DNA of 64,000 bases from Longimicrobiales bacterium (GTDB lineage Bacteria; Gemmatimonadota; Gemmatimonadetes; Longimicrobiales; Gaopeijiaceae): the NCBI GenBank assembly GCA_965249725.1, contig CBDFMQ010000002.1:1824001-1888000 (forward strand). Reading direction: 5' to 3'. Under the pieces are notes generated by a model. That model did not search any database and was not told the origin of the DNA. It worked only from the letters and a program-made list of their open reading frames with translations. How positions within the stretch are numbered: the stretch's first letter is position 1; every line of letters begins with the position of its first letter. This document shows positions 57,132 to 64,000 of this stretch, one piece after another. A program made the position numbers and the translations under genes.

Positions 57132-58697
57132 ATGACGACGGACAGCCAAGAGGGCGGACCCCGGCCGACACCGGTCCTCGTCCATCTGTCCGGTAGCAGC
57201 CGCGGAAGCTCGCACCGGCTCTCCGGAGACGCGGTCACGATCGGCACCGGTCCGGACATGGATATCCGGCTGCCCCTCGATACCGAGCCTCTCCCCTCTC
57301 CCCACCACGCCACGCTGCGCCGGCGCGGCCTCACGTATGAGGTCCTGGCAGAGGAGGACAGTGAGGTCTGGGTCAACGGAGAGCGGGTGAGTCACTTCAC
57401 ACTCGCCTCGGGGGATGTCTTGGAGGTCGGCCGGGATGGTGCGGTCCTGCGGTACCGTGTCTACGAGGCCGGAATCGCTCCCTACAAGACCATGACGCAG
57501 GTCTTCGGCGACTGTCTCGACTGCGCTCGCCAGTCGAATCGCGGGCCGGTCGGGAAGGCGGCCATGGTCTTCACGGATCTCCCCAAGCAGCTGCTCACTC
57601 AGACGGCGCGTACGTTCCGCGTCAGCGTGCTGACCGTGCTGGTGGTTCTCGGGGCCGCTACCGTGTTCCAGGTTCGCCGGAGTGGACAGATCCAAAGACG
57701 CCTCGACGAGGAGGCAACCCGCGTGGAAGGGCTCGCCTCGCTCCTCGAGCGCGCCCAAGGGCAGGTCCCAACCTCCGACGATCTCGGGGACCTCTTCGCC
57801 GAACTCCAGTCCAGCGTGTCGACCGCCCGCGATCGCTTGGACGCCCTGGAGGAGCGGACCGGAGCCGAGGCCCGGGTGATCCGGACCGCCTCTCGCTCGA
57901 CGGTCTTCATCCAAGGCAGCTACGGGTTCGTGCAGCCCCCGAGCAGCCGGCCCCTGCGGATGATGCTGGATCCCGGGGGCCAGCCCATCACGAACCGGGC
58001 CGGCGAGCCCGCCATCAGCGTGGACGGCACCGGGCCTCCGCTCGAGATCTTCCTCACGGGAACGGCCTTCGTCGTGAGTCCGGAAGGTCGGCTCCTCACC
58101 AACCGCCATGTCTCGCGGCCATGGGAGTTCGACCCGGCGGGCCAAGCCATGCTCGCCCGTGGCTTCGAGGGCCGCATGACCCGCTTCGCCGGCTACCTGC
58201 CCGGTGTGGCCGAGCCCTTCGCACTGGAGTTGGTCTCGGTGAGCGACGAGGCCGATTTGGCGGTGCTGTGCTGCGCGGTCGGCCCAGAGGCGGACTTCCT
58301 GCCTCTCGCCGAGGCACCGCCTGAGCCGGGTGAGGCCGTGCTGGTCATTGGCTTTCCCCTCGGGATCCGGGCGCTGATGGCCAGAACCAGCCCCGAATTC
58401 GTGGAGGGGCTGCGCGATTCAGGGGTCATCGACTTCTGGCAGGTCGCCGAGCGCCTTTCCCGGGCTGGGCACGTCACTCCCCTCGCGAGCCGGGGCATCG
58501 TCGGCCAAGTCACCACCCAGAGCATCGTCTACGACGCCGAGACCACCAGCGGAGGCAGCGGAGGCCCGGTGCTGTCGCTGGATGGCCAGGTGGTGGCCAT
58601 CAACGCCGCGATCCTGCCGGAGTTCGGAGGCTCGAACATGGGTGTTCCCGCCGCCCGAGCACGGGCATTGCTAACGGACACTCCACCTCGTCGATAA
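57132..58697 (+). CDS. FHA-like domain + TM + coiled coil + trypsin-like serine protease
   Basis: ATG 57132; FHA-like IGTG...SPHHATL...VNG; protease triad LTNRHV, ADLAVL, GGSGGPV. Confidence 0.85.
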   Translation: MTTDSQEGGPRPTPVLVHLSGSSRGSSHRLSGDAVTIGTGPDMDIRLPLDTEPLPSPHHATLRRRGLTYEVLAEEDSEVWVNGERVSHFTLASGDVLEVGRDGAVLRYRVYEAGIAPYKTMTQVFGDCLDCARQSNRGPVGKAAMVFTDLPKQLLTQTARTFRVSVLTVLVVLGAATVFQVRRSGQIQRRLDEEATRVEGLASLLERAQGQVPTSDDLGDLFAELQSSVSTARDRLDALEERTGAEARVIRTASRSTVFIQGSYGFVQPPSSRPLRMMLDPGGQPITNRAGEPAISVDGTGPPLEIFLTGTAFVVSPEGRLLTNRHVSRPWEFDPAGQAMLARGFEGRMTRFAGYLPGVAEPFALELVSVSDEADLAVLCCAVGPEADFLPLAEAPPEPGEAVLVIGFPLGIRALMARTSPEFVEGLRDSGVIDFWQVAERLSRAGHVTPLASRGIVGQVTTQSIVYDAETTSGGSGGPVLSLDGQVVAINAAILPEFGGSNMGVPAARARALLTDTPPRR

Positions 58698-58714
58698 CTG
58701 CAGTATCTTTGACG

Positions 58715-59224
58715 ATGCTTACACAATTCTCACTACAGGACCTGGGGAATCTCGGCGAGTTCGTCGGCGCCATGGGCGTGGTCATTTCCCTGGTGTACCT
58801 CGCCAAGCAGATGCAGCAGAACACGCGATCGGTCCGGGCCGCGTCGTTCAATTCCATGGTCCAGAACAGCATGAACCTGCTGCGGCACGCCTTCATCGAC
58901 TCCGAGTTCGCGGCCTTCCTGCACAAGGCTGAAAACGACCCGTCGAGGCTCACGCCGGCCGAGACCGTACGCTGGAACGCCTACATGACGGCCGTATACC
59001 GGCACTTCGGCAATCTGGTCTATCAGTACCGGGTGGGCGCACTGGACCGGGAGATGTGGCAAAGCTACGAGTGCACGCTGGAGGAGCACCTCCGGGTGCC
59101 CTCGTGGGCCACCTGGTTTGAAGAGAACAAGGGGCTCTTCAGTACCTCTCTGGTAGAGCAGGTGGATCGGACCCGCCAGCGGATCGAGCGAGAACGTGCA
59201 ACCGGAACTGATTCGGACCGATGA
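58715..59224 (+). CDS. Hypothetical protein with an N-terminal TM helix
   Basis: LQDLGNLGEFVGAMGVVISLVYLAKQM followed by a helical domain; fills the gap with typical codon usage. Confidence 0.75.
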   Translation: MLTQFSLQDLGNLGEFVGAMGVVISLVYLAKQMQQNTRSVRAASFNSMVQNSMNLLRHAFIDSEFAAFLHKAENDPSRLTPAETVRWNAYMTAVYRHFGNLVYQYRVGALDREMWQSYECTLEEHLRVPSWATWFEENKGLFSTSLVEQVDRTRQRIERERATGTDSDR

Positions 59225-59274
59225 CTTCTGACAGAGAGTAGAGAGGGACTCGTGGTGTCGAAGGGCGAGAGCGC

Positions 59275-60513
59275 CTAAGCGGGCTCGATGGTCACTTGGA
59301 GCTTGGAGTGCGCGTCCCGGATGGCAGCCTCGACCTGTTCGGGAGCTTCCGCCCTCGCGAACAGGAACCCCAGGTAGCGATTGCCCTCGGGCAGCGGTAC
59401 CACAGTTTGGCCTACCGGGATGGTGATCTCCAGCCCCTCGACGCCCGGTACCGCGAGTGCCGCTTCGGTCCCAGCGACGGCTCGAAGCACTCCCGCCTTC
59501 GGGATCGGAAGCATCATGACGCCCGAGGCTCCCGCCTCGCGCTGGTGCCCCCCGATCGGCATCCCCAAAGCGTGACGGAGGATGAGGTCCTCGAGCGTCG
59601 CCTCGGGCTCGAACCGTAGGATCGTGGAGCACCGGCCCCCGATAGAGCGCGGCGCGATCTCCAGGATCGAGACCCGATCCCCCTCCACTCGCAGCTCTGC
59701 GTGAACGGGACCATCGTCGAGGCCGAGCCTGTTGACGGCTCGCTGTACGGTGGAGACGACCTCGTCCAGACTCGCGTCGGGCAGTCGGGACGGCGTCACC
59801 AGGATCGTCTCCTCGAAGAACGGTCCCTCCATGGGATCCGGCTTGTCCAGAATGGCCAAAGTCTGGAGTTCGCCCTCGACGACGACTCCCTCGAGGGCCA
59901 CTTCGCGGCCGGGCAGATACTCTTCGATCAGAATCTGGGAGCGCGCCCACCCACTTCGCCGGCTCGCGTCCTGCTGCGCCAGAATATCCAGAATGCGCAT
60001 CCACGCCAGGGTGAACTCCTCGGGAGTGTCGGCCCGGATCACCCCACGGCTGGCGGAGAGCGCGAGTGGCTTCAGCACGCAGGGATAGTGGGCTTCGGCG
60101 GCGAGCTCCATGTCGGAGTCCTCAACCGACGCGACCTGGAACCACGGAGACCCCACTCCATCTTCTGAAAAGCGCTCGCGCATGAGGGCCTTGTTGCGCG
60201 CGGCCCGAACCGCCTCGGTGGGATGATACCTCAGCCCCAGTGCCTCGGACGCCTCGGCCGCCACCGGCGCGAAGTCGTCCTCCGCGGTCACGATCGCAGT
60301 CAACGGATAGTCCTCCGCGAATCGCCGGATCGTGGCTACGGACCGATTGATGTCGCCCGCGCCGAGCCTGAGGGTCGCTCCCGGCGCCTGGTCGGCCAGG
60401 GTGGGCTTGTGATTCGAGCCGACCGTGACATCTACATCGAGGCGTCGGGCCGCGGCGACGAAGGCCTCGGCGCGGTACGAGGTTCTCGAGAGGAGAAGCA
60501 GGATTCTCGACAC
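59275..60513 (-). CDS. ATP-grasp domain protein (L-amino acid ligase-like)
   Basis: ARNKALMR, YPCVLKPLALSASRGV, IEEYLPG, HAELR, LEIAPRSIGG; start approximate. Confidence 0.9.
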   Translation of the reverse strand: MSRILLLLSRTSYRAEAFVAAARRLDVDVTVGSNHKPTLADQAPGATLRLGAGDINRSVATIRRFAEDYPLTAIVTAEDDFAPVAAEASEALGLRYHPTEAVRAARNKALMRERFSEDGVGSPWFQVASVEDSDMELAAEAHYPCVLKPLALSASRGVIRADTPEEFTLAWMRILDILAQQDASRRSGWARSQILIEEYLPGREVALEGVVVEGELQTLAILDKPDPMEGPFFEETILVTPSRLPDASLDEVVSTVQRAVNRLGLDDGPVHAELRVEGDRVSILEIAPRSIGGRCSTILRFEPEATLEDLILRHALGMPIGGHQREAGASGVMMLPIPKAGVLRAVAGTEAALAVPGVEGLEITIPVGQTVVPLPEGNRYLGFLFARAEAPEQVEAAIRDAHSKLQVTIEPA

Positions 60514-60538
60514 GGCGAGTACCCCGAGGCGATCCGAG

Positions 60539-61150
60539 CTACTTGGAGGACTGGAAGTAGGGATCCTGACCGGCACTGTGGTTGGTCACGTCCTCGATGC
60601 CCTCGATCTCGGGCACCTGATCCCTGAGGATCCGCTCGATTCCCTGGCTCAGCGTCACCGAGGCCATCCCACAGCCCTGACATCCCCCGCCCAAACGCAG
60701 GTAGACGATGTTGTCCCGCACGTCGACCAGCGTCACATGTCCCCCGTGCTGGGCCACCCCCGGGTTCACGAACTGGTCGATCGCCTGTCGAACCCGATCC
60801 GCCATGGGCCCCTCCAACGGCTTGGAGCCGATGGGCACCAGGTTGGGGTTCTCCACCTTGAACCCGCTCTCATTGAGCGTCTCGATCCAATCGATGCGGG
60901 CACCGTTGAGGAGTTTGGCGGTCTCGGGCTCCATCACCACGTCGAACCCGCTGCCCTCGAACACGACGTCCTGGGCAGTTCGGTCGCCGGACTCGATGAT
61001 CGAGATCTCGTAACGGGGATCGAGCGGGCTGGGGCTGGCGACCTGGACGCGCAACGCCAGGTCGTCGTCTCCATGCATATCCATGAAGCGGAGGATCGTG
61101 TCCTTCGCGATGTCCGTGAATGCTACGGGGAGCTTGGCGGAGTCACTCAT
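60539..61150 (-). CDS. nfuA: Fe-S cluster biogenesis protein NfuA
   Basis: Degenerate A-type carrier N-domain (GFKVENPN) plus Nfu domain HGGHV...GGCQGC...DVTNHSAG. Confidence 0.9.
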   Translation of the reverse strand: MSDSAKLPVAFTDIAKDTILRFMDMHGDDDLALRVQVASPSPLDPRYEISIIESGDRTAQDVVFEGSGFDVVMEPETAKLLNGARIDWIETLNESGFKVENPNLVPIGSKPLEGPMADRVRQAIDQFVNPGVAQHGGHVTLVDVRDNIVYLRLGGGCQGCGMASVTLSQGIERILRDQVPEIEGIEDVTNHSAGQDPYFQSSK

Positions 61151-61195
61151 AGGGTTCTCTGGCGGGTCCTGGAGTGTTCGGAGACGGACATTACG

Positions 61196-61552
61196 TTACC
61201 CAGACACCTCTTCTCCGGCAAAGAGCCGGTCGGTCTTTGCAGCCATGATGAAGTCGTTCTTGTGCAGCCCGCGGATCTTGTGCGTCCACCAGGTCACCCG
61301 GACGCTGCCCCACTCGGTCAGGATCGCGGGATGATGGTCGTCTTCCTCGGCCAGCGCACCGACGGCGTTCGTGAAGGCCAGCGCGTCGTCGAAGTTCGTG
61401 AACTGGAAGTCCCGCTCCAACCTGGGGATCTCGTCTCGAACCACGAGGGCCCAGTCAGGGACCTGGGCGTGGAATTCCCGACTCTCCTCCTCCGTGACGG
61501 TAGGGGCACCGCGCTGACAGGCCTCACACTTCATTCCTGTTAGCTGATCCAT
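61196..61552 (-). CDS. phhB: Pterin-4-alpha-carbinolamine dehydratase
   Basis: [43 protein letters not shown]. Confidence 0.93.
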   Translation of the reverse strand: MDQLTGMKCEACQRGAPTVTEEESREFHAQVPDWALVVRDEIPRLERDFQFTNFDDALAFTNAVGALAEEDDHHPAILTEWGSVRVTWWTHKIRGLHKNDFIMAAKTDRLFAGEEVSG

Positions 61553-61724
61553 CCGTAACGACCTCCGTGGCGGTGGTGAGGCTGCTGACACTGGAAGATA
61601 GTCGAAACCTCCGCCTCGCTCCCCTTGCGGCCCGGAATCGGCCTTGCGGGCCCAGATGGGTACGGACAACGTGCGGAACCGTCGGACGCATAAAGCACGG
61701 CGGAACCCATGAGGGCGGAGCTCG

Positions 61725-62831
61725 ATGGCACTGGAAGATTGGGGCTGGGACGACAAGTGGGCCGAGGTTTGGTCCGAGGCGACGTCCGGGCCCGTGTCCG
61801 GAGCAGAAGACGGCTTACGTGCCGGCCGAGTCACGACCCAAGAACGTACCCGTTGGAGCGTCCGGACCGAGGACGGTCCCGTAGAAGCTCGCGTCGTGTC
61901 GGAGCGCGGGGTCGGTGGCTTCGCCGCCGTGGGCGACTGGGTGGTGCTTCGCCCTGGACCGGCCCCAGACGACCCCTTGTCGATCGAGGGCATTCTGGCC
62001 CGTCGGTCCAAGTTCTCCCGGCAGGCGGCCGGGGAGCGCACCGAGGAGCAGGTCGTGGCCGCCAACGTCGACACCGTGTGGATCGTCCACGGCCTGGACG
62101 TACTGCCCAACCCCAGGCGCTTGGAGCGCTACCTGGCGGTGGCGTGGGAGAGCGGAGCTCAACCCTGTTTCGTGCTGACCAAGGCGGACGTGGCCGTCGA
62201 TCTCGACGAGTCGAAGCGGATCGTGGAAGCACTCGCGTTCGGGATTCCGGTGCACGTGGTGAGCGTGGAGGGTGGGGGCGGATCGGATGGCGGCGCCGTG
62301 CCGGGAGTCGCACCGCTCGCCGACGGCATGCAACCCGGCAAAACCGTGGCCCTGCTCGGCCCCTCCGGCGTGGGCAAGTCCTCGCTGATCAACCGGCTCG
62401 CCGGAGAAGAACTCCTGGAGATCGGTGACGTGCGAACCGGGGACAAGAAGGGCCGGCATACGACCACCCGCAGACAGCTGGTTCGCATCGCGAGCGGAGC
62501 GCTACTCCTCGACACCCCGGGCATGCGCGAGCTCCAGGTATGGGACCTCGACGAGGGGCTCGGCCAGGCGTTCCCTGAGATCGACGAGTTGACCGAGCAG
62601 TGCCGGTTCCGGGACTGCTCCCACGAATCCGAGCCCGGCTGCGCGGTGCTCGAGGCCGTGGAGTCGGGCTCCCTCTCCCAGGAGCGGCTGGACAGCTACC
62701 GCAAACTGGAGGCCGAGGCCGCCTGGCAGCGGCGGAAGGCCGACCCGCGGGCTCAGGCCGAACAGTTGCCGGAGTGGAAGTCGATCATCAAGAGCCTCAA
62801 GCACCACCCGAAGTATCAGGAGCGGAAGTAG
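61725..62831 (+). CDS. rsgA: Ribosome small subunit-dependent GTPase A
   Basis: [50 protein letters not shown]. Confidence 0.95.
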   Translation: MALEDWGWDDKWAEVWSEATSGPVSGAEDGLRAGRVTTQERTRWSVRTEDGPVEARVVSERGVGGFAAVGDWVVLRPGPAPDDPLSIEGILARRSKFSRQAAGERTEEQVVAANVDTVWIVHGLDVLPNPRRLERYLAVAWESGAQPCFVLTKADVAVDLDESKRIVEALAFGIPVHVVSVEGGGGSDGGAVPGVAPLADGMQPGKTVALLGPSGVGKSSLINRLAGEELLEIGDVRTGDKKGRHTTTRRQLVRIASGALLLDTPGMRELQVWDLDEGLGQAFPEIDELTEQCRFRDCSHESEPGCAVLEAVESGSLSQERLDSYRKLEAEAAWQRRKADPRAQAEQLPEWKSIIKSLKHHPKYQERK

Positions 62832-62915
62832 TACCGAGCCTTGCCCGCAACCGCCATCCGGTGACACCCTGTAGGACTTCAGAACGAAGGTCGGGTGTTC
62901 TAAGAAGGGGGAACG

Positions 62916-64000
62916 ATGGGATTGGTCCGGGACGCGAAGTTCGCGGTGCGCATGCTCACCAAGGCGCCGGTATTCACCTTCGTGGCGGTCCTGTCACTCG
63001 CCCTGGCCATCGGCCCGAACACCGCCGTGTTCTCGCTGGTCGATCACGTGCTGCTGAGCGACTGGGGCGTCGGCGAACCGGAGACGTTGGTCGACGTCTT
63101 CGCCCTCTCGCGGTCCGGCTCGTTCAACTTCACGAACTACCCCACCTACGAGGCGGTTCGGGACGGTACGACCGACGTTTTCTCGGACGTGACCGGCTAC
63201 GCCTTCACTACCGCCCGGGTGGAGCAGGACGGTCAGCCCCGACCGGTGGTCGTCGAGATGGTGACCGGCAGCTACTTCGATGTCATGCAGGTCAGTGCGG
63301 CCCGAGGGCGCACGTTCCTTCCGGAAGAGGACGTCACGGACGGGACGCACCCCGTGGTGGTGGTCTCGGACTTCTTCTGGAGGACACGCTACGACGCCGA
63401 CCCCGGACTCATCGGGTCGGAGCTTCGCCTGAACGGCACTCCCTTCACGGTAGTGGGCGTGGCGCCCGCGGACTTCAAGGGTCGGGTGATCCGCGGGGTG
63501 CCGACGGACATCTGGGTGCCGCTCCGCATGCATGCCGACATCGCGCCCGGACAGATGGGAATGGGAGACTTCTCCATTTCCGCGCGTATGGTCCCGGGGA
63601 TTCCGGCGCAGCGAGGCGTTGCGGCCGTCGAGGCCCTCGCGGCCCGCATCGACGCGGAGCGCGACTCCAATTTCGCCTTCAGACTCGCGGCCGTCCCGCT
63701 CTCGGAGACACGGCTGCACCCCAGCCTCGATGGTGCCGTGAACGCCATGGTCGCCATGCTCTTTGCCGTTGTGGCGCTCGTGCTCCTCGTAGCCTGCGTG
63801 AACCTGGCGGGATTCCTGCTGGCGAGAGCGACGGATCGTCAGAAGGAGATTGCCGTTCGGCTTTCACTGGGCGCCGGACGGGTGGCGATCCTCCGCCAAC
63901 TCCTGGTCGAGTCCTTCCTGCTGGCGAGCATGGGTGCCGTGCTCGGGACCATCCTGGGCCAGTTTGCGCTTCGGGCGCTCATCGCTATGGAGCCGCCCAT
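62916..64000 (+). CDS. ABC transporter permease, MacB/ADOP-like; partial, runs off the window's right edge
   Basis: Not in the ORF track. Manual translation: MGLVRDAKFAVRMLTKAPVFTFVAVLSLALAIGPNTAVFSLV...LLVACVNLAGFLLARATDRQKEIAVRLSLGA. Confidence 0.92.
   Translation, partial: MGLVRDAKFAVRMLTKAPVFTFVAVLSLALAIGPNTAVFSLVDHVLLSDWGVGEPETLVDVFALSRSGSFNFTNYPTYEAVRDGTTDVFSDVTGYAFTTARVEQDGQPRPVVVEMVTGSYFDVMQVSAARGRTFLPEEDVTDGTHPVVVVSDFFWRTRYDADPGLIGSELRLNGTPFTVVGVAPADFKGRVIRGVPTDIWVPLRMHADIAPGQMGMGDFSISARMVPGIPAQRGVAAVEALAARIDAERDSNFAFRLAAVPLSETRLHPSLDGAVNAMVAMLFAVVALVLLVACVNLAGFLLARATDRQKEIAVRLSLGAGRVAILRQLLVESFLLASMGAVLGTILGQFALRALIAMEPP

Noticed and set aside
1..64000. Prophage, integrative element, defence system, tRNA or rRNA
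   Set aside because: No integrase, transposase, phage structural, nuclease/methylase or structural RNA signatures recognised by eye, and composition looks uniform. An Infernal, tRNAscan or DefenseFinder run would be needed to exclude them formally.

Overview
GC-rich bacterial chromosomal segment, densely coding. Gene content and order (accA-ricT-metG-M23, ADOP-type permease, TolB_N/TPR membrane protein, NHL/HupE pair, waaA) suggest a diderm Gemmatimonadota-like organism; this is inference, not a database result. Most genes are housekeeping or metabolic: accA, metG, fadJ-like, mocA/xdhC, dsbA, gyrA, uvrA, waaA, leuS, tkt, nfuA, phhB, rsgA. I saw no rRNA, tRNA, CRISPR array, integrase or transposase. 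Most notable observations: (1) unrelated 12-18 bp tandem micro-arrays recurring at gene termini and stop/start junctions, several apparently grown from the junction sequence itself; (2) a response regulator whose PIG-L deacetylase output domain has lost its catalytic residues; (3) a degenerate ECF-sigma-like protein paired with an apparently intact zinc anti-sigma factor; (4) an accessory locus of GNAT, Npt/MFS-HEAT-cNMP, a frameshifted stand-alone cNMP protein, NhaC, TIGR04076 and an aldo/keto reductase; (5) a TlpA thioredoxin domain in frame directly behind the tkt UGA stop; (6) a candidate regulated sRNA at about 4.8-5.0 kb. All family assignments come from motifs recognised by eye; no searches were run.
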